Shown: positions 36,528 through 45,875 of the stretch, one piece after another
How positions within the stretch are numbered: the stretch's first letter is position 1
Layout of the letters: each line of letters starts with the position of its first letter
Assembly: GCA_964480285.1 (NCBI GenBank)
Contig: CAYZPT010000001.1
Coordinates: 1 to 47,212 of the forward strand
Direction: 5' to 3'
DNA length: 47,212 nucleotides
Source of the DNA: an uncultured Bacteroides sp.
Lineage (GTDB): Bacteria; Bacillota; Clostridia; Oscillospirales; Acutalibacteraceae
Position numbers and translations under genes: made by a program
The notes under the pieces: generated by a model
Seen by the model: the letters and a program-made list of their open reading frames with translations, nothing else
What the model was told of the DNA's origin: nothing
The model's database searches: none

Positions 36528-37673
36528 CTACTCTTTTTTCTGCTTAAGTTTCGGCCGCAGTTTGATCGTATATAAATCGTAAAGTACTGATACAACTGGT
36601 ACTGCGCATATGAGTCCTATCAGACCGAATTGCTTGCCGCCGAGGCATATTACGATAAATGTAAGGAGTCCCGGCATTTCAAGCTCTTTACCCATAAGAT
36701 GCGGATTAATCAGCTTTTCAACAAGCTGCTGTACAACAATGCAAAGCACTACAAAGACGATTGCTTTTACCGGACTTTCCGCCGCAATCAGTAGGGCTGC
36801 AACCACAGTACCGATAATTGCACCGATAATCGGAATAAGCTGTGTTACCGTTATGAGCAATGTGATTGAAACCTTGTAAGGCATACCCGTTACAAGCATT
36901 ACAAGGAAAGTTCCTGCACCGGTAATAAGCGCCTGAATAACGTTGTATTTAAGGAAAATCTGGAACTTTTTGTTTGTAAGATCCTGCACATAGCAGAAGT
37001 AGCCATACTCTTTTTTCGGCAGGATTTTGTGCATAATCATATATACTTCATTTACAAGCGTCTCCTTGTAAATCAGCATACCAACAGCAATAACAGAACC
37101 GATTGCAACGTTGAACGCTACGTTTGAAGCGCTCTTGATTCCCGTCAGAGCTTTTGCAATGATATCTGACCAGTTGCCTGAAATCCACTTGGTGATCTTT
37201 GAAAAATAACCGTCAATTTCCGTTTCAAGTTTTGTGATAACGCCTTCAAGTTTTGGCTGTTTCGTTTTGAATCCGTCGAGAAAATCGAGAAAACTCTGCC
37301 AGAGCTCAGGGGCTTGTTTGTACAGACTGACAATAGTATTTTTAAGATTCGGAATAACCATACCGACTGTCAGCGCAACAAACGCCACAAACACCAACAG
37401 CGACAGGGTTATTGAAAGCCCTCTGTAAAGTTTTGTTTTAACTGGCTTGTTCTTTTTAGCAGCGTGCTTTTCAAACATACTGTCAAACGGTTTAACAAGC
37501 AGGTTGACAACGTATGCAATGCAAAAGCCGTAAACGAACGGCGTCAGTATTGTCAGCACATAATCAAGCAATTTTTTTGCTTCCGCGGTGTTAAGCGATA
37601 TAAAAAGCACTGCGCTTACAACAAAAATCAGCCCGAAATATTCAGCCGCCTTTTTTCGTTCTATATTTTTCAT
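36528..37673 (-). CDS. AI-2E family transporter
   Basis: LTPFVYGFCIAYVVN, IPIIGAIIG, QQLVEKLINPHLMG, FGLIGLICAVP. Confidence 0.9.
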   Translation of the reverse strand: MKNIERKKAAEYFGLIFVVSAVLFISLNTAEAKKLLDYVLTILTPFVYGFCIAYVVNLLVKPFDSMFEKHAAKKNKPVKTKLYRGLSITLSLLVFVAFVALTVGMVIPNLKNTIVSLYKQAPELWQSFLDFLDGFKTKQPKLEGVITKLETEIDGYFSKITKWISGNWSDIIAKALTGIKSASNVAFNVAIGSVIAVGMLIYKETLVNEVYMIMHKILPKKEYGYFCYVQDLTNKKFQIFLKYNVIQALITGAGTFLVMLVTGMPYKVSITLLITVTQLIPIIGAIIGTVVAALLIAAESPVKAIVFVVLCIVVQQLVEKLINPHLMGKELEMPGLLTFIVICLGGKQFGLIGLICAVPVVSVLYDLYTIKLRPKLKQKKE

Positions 37674-37918
37674 AATAAATCCTCCGAATAATATTATAAT
37701 TGTTATATGGAATTAAGTCAATAGCAGCTGCAGTGAGTAATCATCTATACGGGTAATCCTCGTTACGCAAAACTGTTTTGTTTGACAAATTGCACAAATT
37801 TTTGCAGTGGAATTTGTGAACTATTATTGTGGCAAATATAATTGAAATAATATGCAACTTAATATATAATTAATGTGAGATAACCTATATATTTTTATGA
37901 TTAGAAAGGAGTAAAATT

Positions 37919-39175
37919 ATGGGACTTATCAGAGCAGGCGTCGGCGCACTCGGCGGCGCAACAGCGGATCAGTGGAGAGAATTCTTTTACTGTGATGCAA
38001 TCGACAGAGACGTTCTTGTTGTAAAGGGACAGAAGAGAACTACCTCACGTACCTCGAACACCAAGGGCAATGACAACATCATTTCTAACGGATCACTCAT
38101 CGCCGTTGCAGACGGTCAGTGTATGATCATCGTTGAGCAGGGCAAAATCGTTGAGGTTTGTGCTGAACCCGGTGAGTTCACTTACGACACGTCAACAGAG
38201 CCGTCAATCTTTTACGGCGGACTCGGCGAAGGCATTAAGCGTACATTTGCCACCATCGGCAAGCGTTTCACCTTCGGCGGTGATACTGCAAAAGACCAGC
38301 GTATTTACTACTTCAACACAAAAGAGCTTGTTGACAACAAATTCGGAACAATGAATCCGATTCCGTTCAGAGTAGTTGACAGAAACATCGGTCTTGATAT
38401 CGACGTTTCAATCCGTTGCAGCGGTGTTTATTCTTACAAAATAACCGACCCGCTTCTTTTCTACTCAAATGTCTGCGGCAACGTTGAGCAGGCTTACACA
38501 CGCGAAGAGATTGACAATCAGCTCAAAACAGAGTTCATCAGCGCACTTCAGCCGGCATTCGGCAAGCTCAGCGACCTTGAGCTCAGACCGAATCAGATTC
38601 CTTCACACGCAACAGAGCTTGAAGCTGCGATGAACGAAGCGCTCACTGAAAAATGGGCAAGCCTTCGCGGGCTCTCGGTTGTATCAATCGCACTTAACCC
38701 GATCACTCTTCCCGAAGAGGACGCAGAACTCATCAAGCAGGCACAGAGAACTGCTATTATGCGCGATCCTACAATGGCAGGTGCTACACTCGTAGGTGCT
38801 CAGGCTGACGCTATGAAGGCTGCCGCTGCAAACGAAGGCGGTGCCATGAACGGCTTTATCGGCATGGGTATGGCTATGAATGCAGGCGGCGGAATGGGTC
38901 AGGCACAGAATCTGTTTGCTATGGGTCAGCAGCAGCCGCAACAACAGCAGCAATATCAGCAACAGCCTCAGCAGCAACAGCAACCTCAGGGCGCTGGCTG
39001 GCAGTGTCCGCAGTGCGGCGCACCGAACAGCGGAAAATTCTGCACAAACTGCGGCACTCACGCACCGGCACCGGCAACAGGCGCGGGTCCGAACCCCGAC
39101 GATAAGTGGTTCTGCTCAAACTGCGGTAACGAAAACCACGGCAAGTTCTGTACAAATTGCGGAAAGCCGAGATAA
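37919..39175 (+). CDS. SPFH-domain protein with poly-Q linker and C-terminal zinc ribbons
   Basis: NGSLIAVADGQ, RFTFGG, YYFNTKE; WQCPQCG..NSGKFCTNCG twice. Confidence 0.88.
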   Translation: MGLIRAGVGALGGATADQWREFFYCDAIDRDVLVVKGQKRTTSRTSNTKGNDNIISNGSLIAVADGQCMIIVEQGKIVEVCAEPGEFTYDTSTEPSIFYGGLGEGIKRTFATIGKRFTFGGDTAKDQRIYYFNTKELVDNKFGTMNPIPFRVVDRNIGLDIDVSIRCSGVYSYKITDPLLFYSNVCGNVEQAYTREEIDNQLKTEFISALQPAFGKLSDLELRPNQIPSHATELEAAMNEALTEKWASLRGLSVVSIALNPITLPEEDAELIKQAQRTAIMRDPTMAGATLVGAQADAMKAAAANEGGAMNGFIGMGMAMNAGGGMGQAQNLFAMGQQQPQQQQQYQQQPQQQQQPQGAGWQCPQCGAPNSGKFCTNCGTHAPAPATGAGPNPDDKWFCSNCGNENHGKFCTNCGKPR

Positions 39176-39184
39176 TCGAATATA

Positions 39185-39307
39185 GTTATGAATGATAAAT
39201 GATGAATGATGAGTTAAGGGTGCTCGCCGCACGGGCAAAATAATTATTGTCTGAGGCGAATCCGAGTAACCAGAATTTATAATTCATAACTCATAATTTA
39301 TAATTCT
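39185..39307. repeat. Small element with inverted heptamer arrays
   Basis: Left (A/G)T(G/T)AT(G/A)A x4; right (T/C)T(C/T)ATAA x4, complementary to the left array. Confidence 0.65.
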
Positions 39308-39318
39308 AAGGAGGAAAT

Positions 39319-40404
39319 ATGTCAGATCTTCTTGAATATAAGTGCCCTAACTGCGGCGGAGCGTTGAATTTTGACACAGCGACACAGAAGATGAAGTGTC
39401 CGTACTGTGAGAGCGAATTTGACGTTGCTACACTGCAGGCTATGGATCAACAGCTTAACACCGTCAGCCAGACTGACCAGTTCCAGTGGGATACTGCCAG
39501 CGGCGAGGAGCAGTGGGACGAAGCCGAGGGTATGAACGTATTTGTCTGCAAGTCCTGCGGCGGCGAAATTGTCGGCGATCAGAACACGGCGGCGACCTCC
39601 TGCCCGTACTGCGGCAACCCCGTTGTTATGGCAGGCAGACTTTCGGGCGACCTTAAGCCCGACTTCGTTATTCCGTTTAAGCTCGATAAAAACGCGGCTA
39701 AAAACGCGCTCAAACAATATGTCGGCAAAAAGAGATTTGCACCGAATACATTCAAGAGCGAAAACCGTCTTGACGAGGTTAAGGGAATATACGTTCCGTT
39801 CTGGTTGTTTGACAGCGACGCTCAGGCAAGTGTTTCATACGACGCAACGCGTACGCGCACCTGGAGCGACAGCAAGTACAATTACACTGAAACAAGCCAC
39901 TTTGATGTTTTCAGAGCAGGTCAGATGCGCTTTTCAAATATCCCCGTTGACGGCTCGACTCAGATGCCCGACGAGCTTATGGAGAGCATTGAGCCGTTCA
40001 ACTTCAACGAGGCTGTAAGCTTCCAGACCGCTTACCTTGCCGGCTATCTTGCAGACAAGTACGACGTTACTATGGAGCAGAGTATCGGCAGAGCGAACGA
40101 GCGTATTAAGGTAAGCTGTGAGGACACTCTGCGCGACACGGTTAACGGATTCCAGACCGTAACCACCAAAGACAGCTTTGTTCAGACCTCAAACGGTATT
40201 GCAAAATATGCGCTGTATCCCGTATGGATACTGAACACAATTTATAAGGATGAAAAACTGACCTTCGGTCTTAACGGCCAGACCGGCAAAATCGTCGGCG
40301 ACATCCCCGTCAGCAAGGCAAAGCTTGCAGGACTGTTTGCAGGCATCACCGTTATCGCTACGCCGGTTATCTTCGGCGTTGCCAGATTATTCGGTATTCT
40401 TTAA
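39319..40404 (+). CDS. Multi-zinc-ribbon membrane-anchored protein
   Basis: CPNCGG, CPYC, CKSCGG, CPYCG; YVPFWLFD, NGQTGK; C-terminal TM. Confidence 0.85.
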   Translation: MSDLLEYKCPNCGGALNFDTATQKMKCPYCESEFDVATLQAMDQQLNTVSQTDQFQWDTASGEEQWDEAEGMNVFVCKSCGGEIVGDQNTAATSCPYCGNPVVMAGRLSGDLKPDFVIPFKLDKNAAKNALKQYVGKKRFAPNTFKSENRLDEVKGIYVPFWLFDSDAQASVSYDATRTRTWSDSKYNYTETSHFDVFRAGQMRFSNIPVDGSTQMPDELMESIEPFNFNEAVSFQTAYLAGYLADKYDVTMEQSIGRANERIKVSCEDTLRDTVNGFQTVTTKDSFVQTSNGIAKYALYPVWILNTIYKDEKLTFGLNGQTGKIVGDIPVSKAKLAGLFAGITVIATPVIFGVARLFGIL

Positions 40405-40416
40405 GGAGGTGCGACT

Positions 40417-41229
40417 ATGAAGAAGTTATTATTATCACTTTCGCTTGTTGTCCTCCTTGTAATGGCTATGCCATTTTGCGCATATGCCGAGGGCAAAGAC
40501 TACGTTGTTGACAACGCAGATATAATTTTTGACGAAAACGAAGAGGACCTTGAAAATCAGCTTAAAACGATAAGCGAATCAATCGATATGGACGTTGTGG
40601 TTGTCACCACCAACACGCTCGACGGCAAAACGCCGGAGGCATACGCTGACGACTATTACGATTACAACGGATATGCAAACGACGGCTGCTTGTTCCTCAT
40701 CAGTATGGAGGACAGAGATTGGCACATCTCCACCAAGGGATACGCTATTACCTGCATCACCGATTACGGCATCAAGGTGCTTGAAGAGGAGTGTGTGCAC
40801 TTCCTCTCTAACGGCGACTATTATCTCGCTTGCTCAAACTACGGTTACATAGTTCAGAATATGTATAACGAGGCAAAAACCGACAAGCCGTACGACACAA
40901 ACCATCTTTACAAGGACAAAGACGGCAACGTTGTCGGCGTTGAGGGCGCAAAGAGCACGCTCAAGGGCGTTGCAATTTCGCTGCTTATCGCGCTTGCGAT
41001 TGCATTTATCGCGATGAAGTCGGTTAAGAGCAGCTACAAACCCGTTAAGTTTAACAGAAGCGCTGCAAATTACCTTGTTGACGGCAGCCTTGTTGTAACG
41101 CAGGGCTATGAGCATTTCCTGTACGCAAATGTTTCCAAAACACCGCGTAACGACTCCAGCAGCGGAGGCAGCTCGACGCACACATCGTCGTCCGGCTCAT
41201 CGCACGGCGGCGGCGGAGGTAAGTTCTGA
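40417..41229 (+). CDS. TPM domain protein
   Basis: VVDNADI, YADDYYD, DGCLFLISMEDR, Ser/Gly-rich tail ending GGGGKF. Confidence 0.9.
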   Translation: MKKLLLSLSLVVLLVMAMPFCAYAEGKDYVVDNADIIFDENEEDLENQLKTISESIDMDVVVVTTNTLDGKTPEAYADDYYDYNGYANDGCLFLISMEDRDWHISTKGYAITCITDYGIKVLEEECVHFLSNGDYYLACSNYGYIVQNMYNEAKTDKPYDTNHLYKDKDGNVVGVEGAKSTLKGVAISLLIALAIAFIAMKSVKSSYKPVKFNRSAANYLVDGSLVVTQGYEHFLYANVSKTPRNDSSSGGSSTHTSSSGSSHGGGGGKF

Positions 41230-41732
41230 TGAATAAAAGCGAAGTTGTTACTTTCGACTACCTGCCTAAAAACGTTGCAGAGCTCCAGCCGCTTGCAGAG
41301 CAGTGCTTTGGCTCGCCGTTCAAAATGGCTGCGCTTTCCGTAGCTGTTATGATGAATTACGAGGCGGACAAAGGCACAACGGTGGAAATGATTAACTACC
41401 TGCGCGGTCCGCGCCCGCTTTCACCCTTTGATATTCAATTTCTGCGCGACAGGCTCGGCGGCAAAATGTACGTTGTGCGCTCGTATTTTAACGGCACGAG
41501 CGTCGAAAACGATTACACAATTCCGCCCGCACCGTTTGCAATTGAAGTGAGTGACAATCCGTATTCATATCAGAATGAGGATTACGCAACGCTTTACCTG
41601 CATTCATCTGGCGCAGATAATCCGCGACCGGTTACGCTTCGGCTCAAGCCGAGCACGGGACAGTGGTTCCTCTGGGAGCACACCTTCCTTGCAGACATAC
41701 GCCAACCGCAATCGCAGAATCCATGGGCATAA
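41229..41732 (+). CDS. DUF6935-like protein
   Basis: LRGPRPLS...RSYFNG...NDY...SSGADNPRPVTL...WFLWE. Confidence 0.65.
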   Translation: MNKSEVVTFDYLPKNVAELQPLAEQCFGSPFKMAALSVAVMMNYEADKGTTVEMINYLRGPRPLSPFDIQFLRDRLGGKMYVVRSYFNGTSVENDYTIPPAPFAIEVSDNPYSYQNEDYATLYLHSSGADNPRPVTLRLKPSTGQWFLWEHTFLADIRQPQSQNPWA

Positions 41733-41823
41733 GAAAAAGACTTCCTTCGGGAAGTCTTTTTTAGTTAGCAGTATGCAGTAAAATTGAGCTTTATGTTCTT
41801 TCTATTACCAGCTTCCTTAACTG

Positions 41824-42066
41824 TCACATTATTTCTTGTTCTAAATTTTCAAATAATTCTGATTCAAAAAATTCTTTGATTGATATTTCCAAGCCGTCGC
41901 AAATCTTCTTAATTGTTGATATTGTCGTGCTGTTGTTTCTCCCACTTACTATATTATTTAGGGTTGATTGCGTTATGCCGCTTTTCGTAGCTAATTTGTT
42001 TATCGTAATTCCGTTTTGGCTACAAAGTTCAATTATTCTGTTTTTTACAGCAACACCTATTGTCAC
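41824..42066 (-). CDS. XRE family HTH regulator
   Basis: ITINKLATKSGITQSTLNNIVSG; AGGAGG RBS before GTG 42066. Confidence 0.9.
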   Translation of the reverse strand: MTIGVAVKNRIIELCSQNGITINKLATKSGITQSTLNNIVSGRNNSTTISTIKKICDGLEISIKEFFESELFENLEQEIM

Positions 42067-42196
42067 AAAACCGCCTCCTATCAACTAATAGGATAACCAA
42101 AAAGAGTTAAAAAGATTACCTCTTTTGAGTTGACAACTGTTGCGGTTTGTGATAAAATTAACTATATTGAGTTAATTTGTTTTGGGAGGTTTTTAT

Positions 42197-42757
42197 ATGG
42201 CTTACAATTCTCGTCAAACTCAAGCCTTTTATAATATTGTCAGAAGTCAATTGATTAAAAGGGATAAACTAGATCATCCAGACGATCGTAGTCACGATAA
42301 CGACCCGGAATATTGGAATAAATTTGCAAAAGAAGAAACCGATTCATTAATACAAAGCTCAATAGGATATTTTGATTTCTTTAAACTTGAATTTTCTAAG
42401 GGCTATAATGAGTTAATAGATAAAAGAACGCATGAAAAATATACGATATATGATGACGGTGCCATTACTGGTCCTGAACACTGGGAAGGTGATAGCGGTT
42501 GGTGCTATGTTGCAACCTGCGTGTATGGTTCTTATGATTGCCCTCAAGTATGGACATTGAGAAGATTTAGAGACAATACTCTTGCTGTTAATCCTTTTGG
42601 TCGAGCGTTCATTAAGACATATTATGCAATCAGCCCAACGGTAGTAAACTGGTTCGGTAAATATCCGTGGTTTCATCGATTATTTAAAAAACCTCTTGAC
42701 AAGTGGGTTGAAAAACTTAATGAAAACGGCGTAGATAACACGCCTTATACGGACTAA
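42197..42757 (+). CDS. CFI-box-CTERM domain protein
   Basis: CYVATCVYGSYDCPQVWTLRRFRDNTL...GRAFIKTYYAISP. Confidence 0.88.
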   Translation: MAYNSRQTQAFYNIVRSQLIKRDKLDHPDDRSHDNDPEYWNKFAKEETDSLIQSSIGYFDFFKLEFSKGYNELIDKRTHEKYTIYDDGAITGPEHWEGDSGWCYVATCVYGSYDCPQVWTLRRFRDNTLAVNPFGRAFIKTYYAISPTVVNWFGKYPWFHRLFKKPLDKWVEKLNENGVDNTPYTD

Positions 42758-42772
42758 GAAAGGAGGAAAACT

Positions 42773-42922
42773 ATGGATTGCCCACATTACGAATACAGAA
42801 GCGGTGACTATTATTGTGACCTTTGTCAAAACTGTGTAAGTGAAGCAAAACACGATAACTATTGTGTCGACTATCATGGCACAAATTTTGATAAGTGCGA
42901 TATTTATAAAAGATATTCATAA
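42773..42922 (+). CDS. 49-aa Cys-rich microprotein
   Basis: AAAGGAGG RBS; MDCPHYEYRSGDYYCDLCQNCVSEAKHDNYCVDYHGTNFDKCDIYKRYS. Confidence 0.75.
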   Translation: MDCPHYEYRSGDYYCDLCQNCVSEAKHDNYCVDYHGTNFDKCDIYKRYS

Positions 42923-43063
42923 GAAAAAGACTTCCTTCGGGAAGTCTTTTTTGTAGAGGCGGATGTAGCGGTCTAAATTGGTATTTTTGTTTTTATCTGC
43001 TACATCTGCTACATTTAAGAAAAATACTGTGTTTATATTATAATTTATTACCATACTATTAAT

Positions 43064-43948
43064 ATGAAAAAGGATTTGGCAAAAATTATAAAAACTGCGG
43101 CGACAATTCTGCTCGGCAATGTGCTGCTTGCGTTTATCGTTGCGGCATATATTCTGCCGAACGACATCGTTATGGGCGGCACAACAGGAATTGCAATAGT
43201 ACTTGGCAAGTTCTTTCCCGTCAACACCGCGCTTGTGGTGTTTGTGCTGAACACAATTCTGCTGTTTGTCGGGCTTGCGGTAATCGGCAAAAAGCTGTTT
43301 TTCACAAGCGTTGCAAGCACGCTGCTGTACCCAACGCTGCTGGCACTTATGCAAAAAATTCCAAAAATTGACAGTTTCACACAAAACACTCTGCTTGCCG
43401 CAATCTTTGCAGGGGTGCTGATGGGGCTCGCGCTCGGTATGGTAATGCGCGTCGGCTCGTCAACCGGCGGAATGGATATAACAAATCTTGTTCTTGCCAA
43501 ACTGTTTCACAGACCGGTAGCGATGTTTGTTTACATTACGGATTTTGCAGTTGTCGGCGCGCAGGCGGCAGTCAGCTCACCCGAACAGATTATGCTCGGT
43601 ATAGTAGTTCTCGCGCTTGAAAGCATAATGCTCGACAAAACTATGCTCTACGGTTTGTCGCAAAACCAGGTGTACGTTGTGTCCGCAAATTACCGCGAAA
43701 TACGCCGCCGATTTCTGACTGAGCTTCAGGCGGGCGTTACGCTTGCGTATATTCAGACGGGCTGCCTCGGCACACAGGAAAAGGCTGTGATATGCGTTAT
43801 TCCGACGCGCAAACTCTACGCTGCAAACGAAATTATCCGCGAGGTTGATCCCGACGCGTTTGTAACAATAACTAAAATCAAAGAGGTTACCGGCGGCGGA
43901 TTCACCACCGCGCGCCGATTTGCAAATTATGTTGACGATATAAATTGA
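43064..43948 (+). CDS. YitT family membrane protein
   Basis: GGTTGIA, GSSTGGMD, C-terminal DPDAFV..KEVTGGGF. Confidence 0.92.
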   Translation: MKKDLAKIIKTAATILLGNVLLAFIVAAYILPNDIVMGGTTGIAIVLGKFFPVNTALVVFVLNTILLFVGLAVIGKKLFFTSVASTLLYPTLLALMQKIPKIDSFTQNTLLAAIFAGVLMGLALGMVMRVGSSTGGMDITNLVLAKLFHRPVAMFVYITDFAVVGAQAAVSSPEQIMLGIVVLALESIMLDKTMLYGLSQNQVYVVSANYREIRRRFLTELQAGVTLAYIQTGCLGTQEKAVICVIPTRKLYAANEIIREVDPDAFVTITKIKEVTGGGFTTARRFANYVDDIN

Positions 43949-44071
43949 ATAAACGGAGCGATGCAGTCATCGCTCCACAAAAAACGACTGCCTGACGGAA
44001 TAATTTCCGCAAGACAGTCTTGAATTGTTATTCTGTTTGACTTCCCCTTGAGGGGAAGGCTAAATAATGTT

Positions 44072-44944
44072 TTATCTATGTGTGCCGTAGAAGAAGAGCG
44101 CCACAACTCCGGGACCGGTGTGTCCGCCGATAACAGGACCGACATAGTTGATAACAACCTCCTTAAATCCGACTTCCTTTTTGATGAGCTTTGCGAATTC
44201 CTTAACCTCGTCCTCGCAGTCGCCATGGCTGATATAAATAGTCTGATCTTTGGAGCTGATCGCTGTCTCTTTCATCTTTGCAAGCAGGGCGTTGAGTGAC
44301 GCCTTTCTGCCGCGCGCCTTGCCGACGTTAGTCAGCCTGCCCTCGTCGTCAGTATGCATAACCGGTTTAACATTGAGTGCAGTGCCGGCAATCGCAGTGG
44401 TTGCGCTTATTCTGCCGCCTCTTTTAAGGTGCATAAGGTCTGAAACCGTAAACCAATGGCAGATGTTGAGTTTTATCATCTCGGCATATGCAGCCACCTG
44501 GTCAATCGTCTTGCCCTTTTCCTTTTCTTCAAAAACGTATTTGATTAAAAGACCCTGACCCATCGAAGCAGCGAGGGAATCAACAACAATGATTTTTGCA
44601 TCCGGATATTTTTCCCCAAGTTCCTCAGCCGTAATTCTTGCGTTTTGTGTTGTTGCGCTGAGTGAAGAGGAAAAACCTATATAAAGGATATCTTTGCCAC
44701 TGTCAAGAATTTTGCAAAACGCTTCGTTAAAAGCGTCAAGGCTCGGGCATGAGGTTTTTATATCAGCACCGCTGCGCGAATAGTCGTAAAATTCCTTGAA
44801 TCCGATTTCGCTCTCATCAAGAAAGTTTTTATATGTTTTTCCGTCAACCGTTACCGTAAGCGGAATAACGGTAAGTTCAAATTTTTCTACAAGTGTTTGC
44901 GGTAAGTCGCAGGATGAATCGGTTACTAAAACAAAATCTCTCAT
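44072..44944 (-). CDS. DegV family fatty-acid-binding protein
   Basis: VTDSSCDLP, KTS, SSSLSAT, HLKRGGRIS, IGGHTGPG. Confidence 0.95.
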   Translation of the reverse strand: MRDFVLVTDSSCDLPQTLVEKFELTVIPLTVTVDGKTYKNFLDESEIGFKEFYDYSRSGADIKTSCPSLDAFNEAFCKILDSGKDILYIGFSSSLSATTQNARITAEELGEKYPDAKIIVVDSLAASMGQGLLIKYVFEEKEKGKTIDQVAAYAEMIKLNICHWFTVSDLMHLKRGGRISATTAIAGTALNVKPVMHTDDEGRLTNVGKARGRKASLNALLAKMKETAISSKDQTIYISHGDCEDEVKEFAKLIKKEVGFKEVVINYVGPVIGGHTGPGVVALFFYGTHR

Positions 44945-45118
44945 AATTATATCTGCCTTTCTGTTATCTACTGTACTATTGTACTATTATATGTCGCGTA
45001 TTTCAAATAAAATTACAATAGTTTATATTTATTTAAGAAATTAAATATTTATAAAAATAAATACAAAACCCTTTATTTTCTTTGCAAACACTGCTATACT
45101 GTGAAACAGGTGATAAAA

Positions 45119-45832
45119 ATGCAAACTTTAATCTGGTTATTAATCGGCGCGCTGATATCATATCTGATAGGCAGTCTTAACAGTTCGATTATTATGAGCC
45201 GTATTCTCAAAAAGGACGACATACGCAATTCCGGCAGCGGCAACGCCGGCGCAACAAATATGGTGCGCACTTACGGTAAGTTTTACGGCGTTCTGGCGTT
45301 TATTCTCGACTTTGTCAAGGTGCTTGTTGCGTATCTGATTGTCTATCTGATTTTCAGTAACATCGACCCTGCCGGCTTTCACATGTACGCTTACTTTTTT
45401 AAGGTGGTTACGGGCTTCTTCTGCTTTATAGGGCATATTTACCCCTGCTTTTTCGGCTTTAAGGGTGGCAAGGGCATAACCGTTTGCGCGGCTGTTGTGT
45501 GCCTGCTCGACTGGCGTATGTTCATCTTCGGACTGGTAACGTTCTTTGCAGTTGTTTTTATTACAAAATACATTTCGTTTTCTTCAATCGCGTTTGCGGT
45601 TGTTTACCCGATATTTACTTACTTTTTGTTTGATAAGGACCTCAGCATTATACCGTTTTCGTTGACTCCGAGGAACACATTCGGCGAGGATGAAGTCGCG
45701 TTTCGCCTTGTGGCACTTGCGATTTCGATAGTATTTTCAATTATCGTGCTAATTAAGCACCGCGAAAATATTAAGCGACTTCTAAAGGGCGAGGAAAACA
45801 AAATCGGCTCAAAAAAGAAAAAAGAGCAGTAA
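45119..45832 (+). CDS. plsY: Glycerol-3-phosphate acyltransferase
   Basis: DIRNSGSGNAGATN, GHIYP.FFGFKGGKG, HRENIKRL. Confidence 0.95.
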   Translation: MQTLIWLLIGALISYLIGSLNSSIIMSRILKKDDIRNSGSGNAGATNMVRTYGKFYGVLAFILDFVKVLVAYLIVYLIFSNIDPAGFHMYAYFFKVVTGFFCFIGHIYPCFFGFKGGKGITVCAAVVCLLDWRMFIFGLVTFFAVVFITKYISFSSIAFAVVYPIFTYFLFDKDLSIIPFSLTPRNTFGEDEVAFRLVALAISIVFSIIVLIKHRENIKRLLKGEENKIGSKKKKEQ

Positions 45833-45835
45833 ACA

Positions 45836-45875
45836 AAAAGCTGTTTCACAAATGTGAAACAGCTTTCTTTTTTTA
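45836..45875. terminator. Bidirectional terminator between plsY and serS
   Basis: AAAGCTGTTTCACA-AA-TGTGAAACAGCTTT followed by a T tract. Confidence 0.8.

Larger units (their letters stand above)
41728..42952. mobile_element. 1.2-kb AT-rich islet flanked by a 35-bp perfect direct repeat (stop codon plus terminator)
   Basis: CATAAGAAAAAGACTTCCTTCGGGAAGTCTTTTTT at 41728-41762 and 42918-42952. Confidence 0.7.
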
